Source of the DNA: Hypanus sabinus
Lineage: Eukaryota
Assembly: GCF_030144855.1 (NCBI RefSeq)
Contig: NC_082721.1
Span: forward strand, 81,902,001 to 81,966,000
DNA length: 64,000 nt
Direction: 5' to 3'
Shown in pieces: positions 12,560-24,240 of the stretch. The notes beneath the pieces were generated by a model. That model saw only the letters and a list, made by a program, of their open reading frames with translations. It made no database searches and was not told the DNA's origin. The position numbers and the translations under genes were made by a program. Position 1 is the first letter of the stretch. Each line of letters starts with the position of its first letter.

Positions 12560-13085
12560 AACATAGAAAACCTACAGTACAATACAGGCCCTTAGGCCCA
12601 CAAAGTTGTGCCGAATATGTCCCTACCTTAGAAATTACTAGACTTTCCTATAGTCCTCTATTTTACTAAGCTCCATGTACCTATCTAAAAGTCTCTTAAG
12701 ACCCTATCGTATCTGCCTCCGCTGTTGCCGGCAGCCCATTCCTTGCACTCACCACTCTGAGTAAAAAAAACTTACGCCTGACATTTCCTCTGTATCTACT
12801 CCCCAGCACCTTAAACCTGTGTCCTCTTGTGGCAATTATTTCAGCCCTGGGAAAAAGTCTCTGACTATACACACGATCAATGTCTCTCATCTTGTACACC
12901 TCAATCAGGTCACCTCTCATCCTCTGTCACTCCAAGGAGAAAAGGCCAAGTTCACTCAACCTATTCTCATAAGGCATGCTCCCCAATCCAGGCAACATCC
13001 TTGTAAATCTCTGCACCTTTTCTATGGCAGAACTGAGCAGAGTCCTCCAAGTGGGGTCTGACCAGGGTCCTATATAGCTGCAGTA
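12560..13085 (-). mobile_element. CR1 LINE 3' end
   Basis: ORF 12696-12920 MRGDLIEVYK...FF..RVV..RNGLP is the CR1 ORF2 C-terminus; acatagaaaacctacag tail. Confidence 0.9.
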
Positions 13086-14246
13086 TTTCATTACTCCACT
13101 ATTGAAAGCTCACCAACTTGGAAAATTTCCCAAAGCTCCCTAATGCAGGGACTCTAACTCTAACTTTGTGTAATTAATTATGGCATGTTAATGAATATTT
13201 TTGGTAATTTAAATATTCTAGACTGGCTTCTCCTTTATCTACCTTAGTTATTAAATTCTATGAAATAACCATTTCTTAGCTTTCCTAACAACTAACTATA
13301 TCACATTAATTCTGAAGTTAACCCGTTCCTAGTTTTTTTTTTGCAAACTGTTAGTTTTGTCTTGAAAGTATTTTTGCAGTTTTAGGTCATTTAGTCTGTT
13401 TGAAGATTCACATCCTTCACAACATAGCATTTCATTTGTTACATGTGCTTTAAATTTATTCCATGAACAATGGCAGGAAAAGTAATATGCTGAATGGTCT
13501 GCAAATGCTTCCAATGTTTCCTACCCTTTTACTCATGTTCAATCTGTTCCACAGCTTTGCTTTCGTGAATTCTCCAACGCTTCTTCCTTCCCCCTCCACC
13601 CCACCATAGTGCAATTAATGAGCTTTAACTTTTCACGCAGGTTATGGGTTTTGGCTTTTCCAAGCAGCTGATTCAAGTCGGTTGTGTTTCTTTTGTGGGC
13701 TTGTTGCTATAGAGTTAAGGCATCCACTTTCTATTGGTGTTGTAGTCCGCCCACTCCTTTCCTTGTTCCTGCTAATTAAAGGACTGTAAGTATGAATGTT
13801 TCTCTGACTTAACACTGAAAAGATTTTTCATATTTGCCTTATTTACCTCTTTCTTATACCCATTGTCAGGTTTGTGACTTTGTGCTGCTCTACATTGTTA
13901 CACCATGGAGTTGTGAAGTCCAGACCTTACTGCTTTGAACCATAATCAACGCACACCACAGTGGCGATGAAAGCCCATCGCAGGCAATAACAAATAGGCT
14001 GTTTATAAAGTATTGTTTGCAGATTAACTAGCGCATGAAGCCACCAGCTTGTGCAAAACTGCTGCTCCTGCTCCCTTCCCTTTGATTGATCCGGAGTAAA
14101 TTATTCAATGAACTTCATGCATTGTTCCGTAAAACAAAAAACAATGTTTGGTTAACACTTAAGACCAGTAAACGATAAAATAAAATTAATATGTTGAAAA
14201 TAACAGTACTTAAAGATCCTCCAACATGAGTAATACGTATATAGAA

Positions 14247-15545
14247 CAGGTTAAGTACCCTTTATCTGAAATGCTTAGGGCTGAAAGTGTTTCGGCTTTC
14301 TGATTTTGAAACCTATAATGAGATAACTTGAGATTGCCATCATTTCCAGCTCTATCATTCTTTTCTTATACTTGTTCATCACACGTGCTTAACAGTAAGT
14401 TATTACATACTACTAATATAATAGAAACATGGAAAACCTACAGCATAATACTGGCCCTTCTTCCCACAATGCTGTGTCGAACATGTCTTTACTTTAGAAA
14501 TTACCTAGGGTTACCCATAGCCTATTTTTCTGAGCTCCATGTACCTGTCCAAGAGTCTCTTAAAAGACCCTATCGTATTTGCCTGTACCACTGGCAGCCC
14601 ATTCCATGCACTCACCACTCTGTATTTAAAAAAAACAACAACTTACCAAGCACCTTAAAACTGAGACATACAAAAATCTGGATGAACTCAGCAGGTCAGG
14701 CAGCATCCGTTGAAAGGAGCAGTCAACGTTACGGGTCGAGACCCCTCTTCAGGATTGTCTGCATAGTTTCCATATGCAGAATCCCCTGAACATTTGTCAC
14801 ATTTCCACTGTACATCTGTTCCCAATTTATACTTACAAGTTCTTGCCTGATAGCTTCATATTTCCCCTTACTCCAATTAAATGGTTTCCTAACTTGTCTG
14901 CTCCTATCCCTCTCCAACGCTATGGTAAAGGCAATAGAATTGGTGATCTCTATCTCCAAAATGCTCTCCCACTGAGAGATCTGACACCTGACTAGGTTCA
15001 TTTCCCAATACCAGATCAAGTCCAGCCTCTCTTGTAAGCTTATCTACATACCGTATCTGTGAAACTATAACGTGTGCAGGGTATCCAGAGCAACATGGCA
15101 GCATCGAGAGAATACCAGAATCAGGTATTCAGTCTCCACCCACGGTGTTATGTTATGATTAAAAGGTTGCAGTACACTCTATTTGTTTAATTTTACATGC
15201 ATAAAAACCTAAAAAAAAATCAGTATTATAGATTTGTTCTGGTGTTAGATTTTCATTGGTGACAACCTTTACAAATATATGAATTTATCTGCAGCATCAT
15301 GGTCAGCAGACACTTTATCTTTTAAAATCTTAAGGCAGTGCCTTTTCTTAAGTTTCTGCAAACTGCCTGCTGAATATTCAATTAACTTTAATTTTTAGTT
15401 CATTTACTTCTGTTCATTGCATATGTCATGCCACGTCTCAGATCTGTCTGTGGTGCACTGAGACCTGTGCATTGCCTTGGAACTTTCCCAGTATCTTGTG
15501 AATTTTTAATGGATTTCAGAGGTTTTTGAATTTTTGAAATTTCAG
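14247..15545. mobile_element. Tigger/MER46-like Tc1-mariner relic with nested CR1 pieces (14425-15055, -) and a Penelope-type tail (14665-14755)
   Basis: caggttaagtaccctttatctgaaatgcttagggctgaaagtgtttcgg resembles the Tigger4/MER46 terminus as recalled; nested CR1 tail and APE fragment (LDLVLGNEP..V.DLSVGEHFG). Confidence 0.55.
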
Positions 15546-15594
15546 TTGGCTATATGACATTTAATTAAATTGAATGCTAAGAAATTGTCCATCA

Positions 15595-16020
15595 GTCCTT
15601 CCAGGTGAGGCAACACCTCACTTGTGAGTCTTTCGAGGTCATCTATTGTATTCGGTGCTCCCAGTACAGCCTCCTCTACATTGGTGAGACATGGCATAGT
15701 TTGAGGGACTGCTTGCTTTGTCAAGCAACTTCGCTCCATCCGGTGTAAAAGGTGGTGTTTCCCAGTGCCCTGCCATTCTGCTATGATGAGGCTACACTTA
15801 AGTCAGAGGAGCAACGCCTCATTTTCTTCTGTGTTGTTTCCGACCTTAAGGTATGAACGTGATTTTTTTCTAACTTCTGGCAATTCTGTTCCCCCTCCCC
15901 CCACTTTATCTTTTCCAAAATATCAGCTGCTTACTCCCTTCATAGACGCTACCTGAGTTCCTCTGGCATTTTGTTTCTGTTGCTGAAAATATTTCCAGCA
16001 TCTACAGTGTATTTTGTGTT
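15595..16020 (+). mobile_element. Penelope-like element fragment (GIY-YIG endonuclease remnant)
   Basis: Reads QVRQHLTCESFEVIYCIRCSQYSLLYIGET, the PLE GIY-YIG motif, followed by the Penelope-type tail. Confidence 0.8.
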
Positions 16021-16179
16021 CTGGACAGTCGGGGTGGTTGATTCAGTTGTCTAATCTGAGGTTAGAACGGTTCCTGTCTAGTGATACTTGCAGCAAGTGT
16101 TGACTTAGATGTCTTCCTCTCATTCCCACCTACTTTAACCATACAAACAAGTGGAAGCTGCTGAAACATGGAGCAAATG

Positions 16180-17770
16180 TTAACAATCTTAAAGAGGAGA
16201 CAAAGGTTTCTTCAATTCTATAAAGTGTACAACAGAGGCAAGTGTGGATATCGGACCACTGGAAAACGATGTTGGAGAGGTAGTAAGGGGGACAACGACA
16301 ATGAAATGGTAGATGAACTGAATAAGTATTTTACATCAGTCTTCACTATGGCAGACATGAGCAGTATGGTAGAAGTTCCAGGTGGCAGGGGCATGAACTG
16401 TGTGAAGTTAGCATATCAAGAGAGAAAATTCTTGGGGAAACTGAAAGGTCTGAAGCTAGATAAGTCACCTGGACCAAATAATGTACACCACGGAGTTCTG
16501 AGAGAGGTGGCTGAAGAGACTGTGGGGGCATTAGTAATGATCTTTCAAAAATTACTAGATTCTAGAATGGTTCTGGAAGACTGGAAAATTGAAAATGTCA
16601 CTCCACTCTTCAAGAAAGGGGAGAGGCAGAATAAAGGAAACTATAGGCCAATTAATCTGACCTCAGTGGTTGGGAAAATTAAGGATGAGTTCTCAGGGTG
16701 CTTGGGGGCACATGATAAAATAGGCTACAGTCAGCATTGTTTCCTCGAGGGAAAATCTTGTCTGACAAAACTGTTGGAATTCTTTGAAGAAATAACAAGC
16801 AGGATGGACAAAGGAGGATCAGTTGATATTGTGTACTTGGATTTAAAGAAGGCCTTTGACAGGTTGCCACACATGAGGCTGCTTAACAAGCTATTATCCC
16901 ATGGTATTACAGGAAAGGTTCTAGCATGGATAAAAGTGGTTGATTGACAGGAGGCAAAGAGTAGGAATGAAGGGAGACTTTTCTGGCTGCCAGTGACTAG
17001 TGGTGTTCCACAAGGGTCTGTTAGGACTGTTTCTTTTCATGTTATATGTCAATGATTCAGATGATAGAATTGATGGCATTTTTTTTGCAAAATTTGATGA
17101 CCGTATGATGATAGGTGGAGGGGGAGGTAGTTTTGAGGTAGAGGCTACAAAAAGACTTAGATTAGGAGAATTGGCAAAAATATGGCAGATAGAATGCAGT
17201 GGCAGGAAGTGTACGGTCATACACTTTTGCAAAATAAATGAAAGGGTTGACTATTTTTTTAAATGGAGTGAAAATACAAAAAAACGAAGGTACAGAGGGA
17301 CTTGGGAATCCTTCTGCAGGATTCCCTAAAGGTTAATTTGCAGGTTGAGTCTGGTGAGGTAGCATTTATTTCAAGAGAATTGGAATATAAAAGCAAGAAT
17401 GTAATGTTGAGACTTAATAGAGCACCGGTGAAGCCTCACTTGGAGTATTCTGAGGAGATGTGGCCACTTAGAATCTGGAGAGGGTTCAAAGGAGATTCTC
17501 AAACAGGATTCCAGGATTGAATGGCTTGTCATAGGAGGAGCGTTTTATAGCTCAGAGCCTTTATTCATGAGATTTCAGAAGATTCAGAAGGGGTGACTAA
17601 CTAGAGTCTTAAGTGAATCTGTGGAATTCGTTGCCACAGGCATCTGTGGAGGCCAAATATTTATGTATACAGTTTGATAGATTTTTGATTGGTTAAGGCA
17701 TGAAGGGATACAGGGAGAAGGCTGGAGATTGGGGCTGAGGGAAAAATTGGATCAGCCATGTGGAGGCAAA
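16180..17770 (+). mobile_element. CR1 LINE ORF2 (RT) fragment, frameshifted
   Basis: ORF 16168-16947: KSPGP, ENVTPLFKKG, NYRPINLTSVVGK, SCLTKLLEFFE, YLDLKKAFD; then FAKFDD. Confidence 0.95.
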
Positions 17771-18149
17771 GGGATCATTGATGTTTCAACTTGATGCACT
17801 GCTTTTGGATTGAGAGCTTAGAAGAAAGCCACGCGAGAGAGGTGTGAAATGGGCTGATAGGTAGAGCGTGGTGAGGTGGGGGATCAGGGGCAAATGGAAA
17901 CAGGTGGTGGTTGGTGGAAATAGTTGGAAAACAGTTCTGGGGGTATTTGACGCTGGAAAATGTAGGCATGAAAGCGAGAAATTATTTCAGCAAGAGCGTC
18001 TACAGTGCTAATAGCTATAACGTGGTTCAGTGCACAAACAACGTGAGTTGTTAGGATATATCAAAACTAAATGTGTTAATGTGATTCTTAAAAGAAGATC
18101 CTGTTAGAAAGGGCCAAAGGCAACAATAGAAAGCCGCAGTAATTTGGGA

Positions 18150-18560
18150 GATGAGGCATTTGCCCGGCCAGCAAACCACATCACCTCACGGAGAATGGCT
18201 CAATACATCCGTAACCCGAGGCAACGCGCCGGGGCTCTTGGTCAAGGACTCCGAACACAAGACGGGGGCGGTACTTGGGCAGCGACGTCATAACAACCCG
18301 CCGGGGAGCTCCGTGCGTCACGTGGTATTTGTGACGCGTGCAGCACGCGCCGTAGGCAGGCGGAGCCAGGATGCGGCGGCTAAGCGGGAGCGAAGCCGGG
18401 TCGGTGAGGGTTTGCCGCCCGCCGGAGGTATCCGGACCCCCCAGCTTCTCGACACAGGCCGGCGCCTCAGAAGGGTTCAGTTACGTGCCGGGCGCGACCG
18501 GCTATTGGTGGTATGGGTCAAGGGTTAGCTTGAGGGGCGAGGTCAATTGGAGGGGGGAAG
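18150..18560 (+). promoter_or_regulatory. CpG-island promoter and probable non-coding first exon of FBXW9 (donor after 18403)
   Basis: Sharp CpG enrichment; GC box 18265-18271, CRE-like CGACGTCA 18283-18290, E-box CACGTG 18319-18324, dyad GCGTCAC..GTGACGC, reverse CCAAT 18504-18508; donor TCG|GTGAGG. Assignment to FBXW9 is inferred because it is the next + strand gene. Confidence 0.7.
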
Positions 18561-19138
18561 GTTAGGGCCACTGGGAAAGGGTAGAGGGATGCAAGGGTAC
18601 CTTGGTACATCTATAAGCCAAAGGAGATGGTTGGTGATGTCGGGGGTTTTCTTGCGTTATCCTAAGAATCCGGTTTATTGCCACTGACATATGTCGTGAA
18701 ATTTGTCATTTCCCAATTCCCTCCTTCGGAGGTTCGAGAACGATCTCGAGGAGCTGCAGAACTTCAGTAAATGGAAATTTAGCGGTTAGAAGTCTGAAAT
18801 TTGGCAAATAATAGAACATTGGTTGAAACATACATAGAATGAAAAGCGAAGTTAATATTTCAGGTCCGAGACCCTTCATCTCAGCTGGAAAAGAAAGGTA
18901 TCAAAACAAAGAAAGGTGGGGTAAGGGACTGGATTCTGATTTGTATTCAAACTCGTGTGTCGGAATACTAAACATAGCTGAGATTAGAGTCAGAGAGAGA
19001 TGTATGGCACGGAACCAGGCCCACGTTGACCAAGATGCCGACCTGAGCTTGTCCTGTTTGCCTGCATTTGGCCTATATCCCTTTAACTCCTTTCCTACAT
19101 TTCTTCTTAAAACTTGTTCCACATGCCCACCAACCTGA

Positions 19139-19160
19139 GTGTGTGTGTGTGTGTGTGTGT
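19139..19160. repeat. (GT)11 microsatellite
   Basis: Seen directly. Confidence 0.95.
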
Positions 19161-19309
19161 GGGGGGGGTGGGGGTGGAATTGCTCCAAGGTTCCCTTTAA
19201 ACCTTTCCCATTTTAGTATAAACCTATGTTCCCTGGTATTAGTCTCCCTGACCCTAGGAAAAGGACTGTGATTATGTTGATAATTTTGTATACCATTGTC
19301 TTAAGAAGC

Positions 19310-19680
19310 CGCTCCTTAAGATAGCTTGAATTCTGCATAAACTAGTATCCATGATGGAGCTGACTAATTTAACAAATTTGTACAGCTTACTTCAGTCTTG
19401 TACACTAGCTCCCCTCCCTCCCTCCCCCCCCCTCCCCCACAATACCTAGATGGTGGTGCAGCCAGTCACAATATCTCTGTGGTACATTTCTAGAAGTTTT
19501 CGAGTGCTTTAGTTGACAAACCAAATCTCTCAAACTTATAATGAAATATAGCTGCTGTCCTGCCTTCTTTATAGCTGCATCATCGTGTTGTGTTCAGGTT
19601 AGGTCCTCGGAGATGTTGACATCCAGGAACTTGAAATTGCTCACTCTCCCCACTCTGATCCCTTTGTGAGGATTGATTGG
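19310..19680 (-). mobile_element. Rex/Babar-type LINE fragment
   Basis: Reverse strand encodes ERVSNFKFLDVNISEDLT-like and KKA.QQLYFI-like motifs, as in the 61938-62606 ORF. Confidence 0.7.
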
Positions 19681-19714
19681 TGGGTTTAAAAAAATAAATA
19701 AAATCCTTATAAAG

Positions 19715-22470
19715 CAGTGAAACAGGATTGGAAGATGTAGAATCCTTGTGGTTAGAGATGAGAAACTGTAAGTGTCAAAAGGCGCTGATGGGAGTCACAC
19801 AGGCCTCCGAACAGTAGGCAGGATGTAGGGTATAAATTACAATGAGAGATTTAAAAAAAGGCAATGTTACGTAGTCATGGGGGATTTAAATCTGCAGGTA
19901 GATTGGGAAAATCAGGTTGGTGCTGGATCCCTAGAGAAGTTGCAGTCAGTGGCCACTTTATTGGGTACACCTGTACACCCACTCATTAATGCAAATATTT
20001 TATCATCCAATCACTGGGCAGCAACACAGTGCCTAAAAGGGAATCAGTTGTTGAAACCAAACACCAGAAGAGGGAAGAAGTGTGATCTAAGTGACTTTGA
20101 CTGTAGAATGATTGGAGCCATCTCAGAAACTGCTGATTTGCAATTTCTTACGCACGTCTTTAGAATTTACAGAGAATGGTGTGATAAACAAAAAAAAAAA
20201 TCCAGAGTTGAAGTTCTGAGGGCAGAAATGCCTTGTTAATGAGAGAGGTCGGAGGAGAATAGCCAGACTGGTTCAAGTTGAAAGGAAGGTGACTGTAACT
20301 CAAATAATCATGTGTTACAACAGTGGTGTGAAGAAGAGCATCTCTGAATGCACAATGCGTCACACCTTGAAGTGGATTAACTACAGCAGTAGAAGATCAC
20401 ACTTAGTGGCCACTCTTATCAGTTTCAGGAAGCACCTAATAAAGTGGCCACTGAGTGTATATTAGAGTAGTGTTGTCAAGTCACTAGGGAAGAGGCACTT
20501 CTGGGTTGGGTGTTGTGTAGTGGAACAAATTTAACTAGGGAGCTTAAGGGAAAGGAATCCTAAGGAGACAGTGATCATAATATAATGGAATTAACCCTGT
20601 AGTAGTTCATGAGGGAGAAGCTGAAATTTGGATATATCAGTATTTCATTTGAGTAAAGACATGAGAGAGGAACTGGCCAAAGTCCTATGAAAGGGCAAGT
20701 AAGCTAGCCAATAACAAAAGAAGATACCAAAAGTTTTTTTTTCCATAAGTATAAAGAGTAAAAAGGATGCAGGAGTGAACATGAGCCTACTAGAAAGTGC
20801 CACTGGAGAGGTAGTAAAGGGGAACAAAGAAGTGGCAGATGAACCGAATAAGTACTTGGTGCCAGTCTTCATTGTTGAAGACACAAGCAACCTTGTGTCT
20901 TCAGACCCTTCTTCAGACCTGGAAAGGAAGGGGAAGGAACCCAGGATTACTAGATTCTAGAGGACCACAAAATCACAAATATCACAGAAATGGAGACAAA
21001 AGACAGAAAATTATGCATCAGTTAGCCTGACCAGAGGTTGACAAGATGTTAAGAGACCATTATTAAGGATGAGGTTTCATGGTACTTGGAATAGTCTAAA
21101 ATCAGGTTAGTTATCTTGCTTTACGAATATGTTGGAATTCTTTAAGGAAATAACAGGAAGGATAGATAAAGGAGGGTCAGTGGATGCTGTTTACTTGGAT
21201 TTGCAGAAGATGTATTAATTCCTTCAAAACAATAACATAATTGTCACTCCAGTTCTTTTCCATCCTTGTGAGGTATACCCCCTTACCTCTTACAGCCTTC
21301 AGCCCAGACACACGATGTAGGAAAACAGACAGGTCTGTAAGGAGGAAAATATTCTTCATTATCTAATCTTAGGTTATATGTGCTAGTGTACAGCTACAGA
21401 GTAACTCCATATTCCAAGTTCACACCATGTTGACTTCGAACTTCCATTTTATTTTGGCACGAACCAGTGACGAATCACAATTAACTCTTTCATTTGAGAA
21501 GTTCTTTGCGAAGATGCAGCACATGAGACTGTTAAACAAGACAGCGGCCACATTTTATTATAGGAAAGATACTAGCATGAACAGAAAACTTGTCTGGCTG
21601 GTAGAAAGCAACAGGAAGGAGTAAAAGGGACCTTTTGTGGTTGGTTGCTGGTGATTAGTGGTGTTCCACAGGGATTGATGTTGCTTCCGCTACTTATCAC
21701 CAAATTGGATGATATATCACCATCTAACAGGTAGTGTTGAAAAATCTGAGTTTGCAGAAGGACAGATCAGGTGAGTGGCAGATGGAATACACTGTAGGGA
21801 AGTGTATGGTCGTGCACTTTGGAGAAGACATAAAGGTGTCGACCATTTTCTAAATGGAGCAAATTCAGAAATCGGAGGTGCCAGGGGACTTGGGAGTCCT
21901 AAAGGTTAACTTGCAGGTTGTGTCGATAATAAGAAATTAAGATGTGATGTTAGCATTCATTTTTAGGAGTAAAATATAAAAGCAAGGATGTAATGTTGAG
22001 GCTTTATAGGCATTGGTCAGACCACCGTGGAGTAGTGTGAGCAGTTTTTGAGCCCTGTTTCTAAGAAAGGCAATGGAGAAGGTCCAGAGGAGGTTCATGA
22101 GGATGATACTGGAAGTGGAAGGTTTAACATATCAGGAGTGTTTGATAGCTCTAGGCTGTTACTTGCAGGAGCTTAGAAAAAATTAAGGGTATGTTATTGA
22201 AGCCTGCTATAGTGGGTGGGTCTAGGATCAGATGGCACAGCCTCAGAACAGAAGGATGTCCCTTTGGAACAGGTGAGGAGGAATATCTTCAGCCAGGAGG
22301 TTGTGATTCTGTGGAATTCACTGCCACATGCAGCAGTGGAAACCAAGTCATTGAGTGTTTTTAGCAGAGGTAGGGCATCAAAATTTAGAGGAAAATGGGG
22401 TTGAGAGGGAAACCAAATCAGCCGTTATCAAATAGTGGAGCAGACTTGATAGGCTGAACTCATTTGTTTT
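19715..22470 (+). mobile_element. Fragmented CR1 LINE interrupted by a Tc1 MITE and a 287-bp insertion
   Basis: VVMGDLN (APE domain), RT motifs (LEFFKEIT, VDAVYLDLQK, GVPQG) and CR1 3' end. Confidence 0.85.
19943..20457. mobile_element. Non-autonomous Tc1/mariner element (MITE)
   Basis: TIRs cagtcagtggccactttattgggtacac / cacctaataaagtggccactgagtg followed by TA; interior resembles a Tc1 transposase N-terminus (MGKKCDLSDFD-like). Confidence 0.85.
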
Positions 22471-23894
22471 CGGCCTATCTGAGCTGTTGCTTTTGTGCTA
22501 ACCATCCTCCACGTCTTAGTGATACTGAAAATTAACTTGTTTTCTCATTCTCTGTTCCAATGAAGGCACGTGGATCTGAAATGGTAATTCTGTTTCTCTT
22601 GCTGCCTGATCTTCTGAGTGTGTCTAGCATTTCTTGTTTTTATTTTGGGACCTCAGTGTTAATCTTGGGGTAGGAAACTAGGAAGGATCACTTGTAGAAT
22701 TACAAGCTGGTCAAAAAGTATTTGTTGCTTTGTGAGACTAATGTCACTGTGGCATCATAATGATAAACTCTAAAGCTATTGTTCTACACTGGCTCCTTGA
22801 AAGCTCCTTGTGTTGCTGCCCAGTGATTGGCTGATAAGGTATTTGCATTAATAAGTGGGTGTACAGGTGTACCCAATAAAGTGAAAGAGCTCTCTAATTA
22901 AACCCTGTTCTTTCTGCATAACCCTCAATTCCATGTCAGTCTAATTTCTTAACTTGATGCATTGGGGATCAAAGTATTTAGACTCTGAGCATGGGGAAAA
23001 GTTGGCTTGTGTATTTACACCTGGGTAAAGTACTTGTGATCTTTCTTTGATTAGTGCTGACTCTTGAAACACAACCTCAGAACGGTGTTGTATGAGCCAC
23101 GCGGGCCAGTCGATTCTAGCTTTGCAGGAGGGGCTGTTGAGACTGATTTCAGTCCAACTGATGAATCGCAATGTGGCATCAAGTGATTTGTGGAGACATA
23201 TTCCATCAGTGTTCTTCAGCTGAGGACTATTCCTGAAATGTAAGTCTTGCACTCAGCATCTTCTCTTTGCATGTTTCGACTTTATCCTTTGTTTAGTTAT
23301 TGCTATGACTTTGCCTTTTAACCACACTTAGAACGATCTGAGGACTGACATTCTACCAATGTTTTCTTGAGCCTTGCACAAAGTATTGGTTCAAAATAAG
23401 TTTTGCGGTGTCTTTTGAAGACCCAACCGGTGAAGTTATTTATGCGTAAGGCCTTCCTTGTAAGTCCCATACTATTGGGCCTCTACTGGAATGGGTTATG
23501 TTGTCTGATTCACGCTTTCCTAACATCTTCCCTACAGTTCAGGTCCCTAAGCACCTCCTGGAGACTCTTCTGGAATTTATATTCTGCATCCCCAATCCCA
23601 GATGCCAGACATGCCTGTTTCTGCAGCCAACACTGCAAAACAGACCAGTCACATTCCTGGATTGGAGTAATGTATTGTTCAGAGAAGCATGCTTTGGGAC
23701 GAGTAGGTTGCGGGGTAAAATATGATGGTTAATGATGTTAAAAAACATGGTTTGATAACAGGTTTTTAAAATTTTTATGTTTAAGACATGTTTTATGTAG
23801 GTTAAACAGTTTTCCTCACAGAAATGAATACCTGTATTGTCTTTTGCAGATAACCTGAATTAATAAAAGTAGCTTTACTTTTGCACAACTTAAG

Positions 23895-24240
23895 TTCAAA
23901 GCTGCTATCAGGAAGGAGGTACAGGAACCTTAACTCCCACACCACCAAGTTCAGGAACAGTTATTACCCCTCAACCATCAGGCTCCTGAACCCCAGCACT
24001 AAACTGATTCCACAACCTGTAGACTCACTTTTAAGGACTCTATACCTCCTGTTCTCAAAAATATTTATTACTTGTATGTAGTTATTTTGTTTTTATTTTA
24101 CTATTTGCGCAATTTTTTTTGTCTTTTGCACATTGGTTGTTTGTGTACAATTTTTCAATGATTCAAGAAAATAAATCTCAGGGTAGTATGTGGTGACATA
24201 TGTAAGGCAATAAATTTACCTTGAACATTTTGAACTTTGT
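23895..24240 (+). mobile_element. Rex/Babar LINE 3' end; similar tails at ~2130-2370 (-), 32690-32940 (+), 53025-53345 (-)
   Basis: LSGRRYRNL..HTTKFRNSYYPSTIRLLN C-terminal motif plus the shared 3'UTR. Confidence 0.8.

Noticed and set aside
16168-16947. Longest ORF (259 aa) with reverse-transcriptase motifs as a novel RT gene or retron-like system
   Set aside because: Ordinary decayed CR1 ORF2 with frameshifts and many sister fragments in the window.
18151-18528. 125-aa ORF over the CpG island
   Set aside because: Typical stop-poor GC-rich promoter sequence; no recognisable protein.
23403-23732. ORF containing FRSLSTSWRLF, reminiscent of a mitochondrial presequence
   Set aside because: Similarity does not extend, and neighbouring putative exons are closed in all frames.
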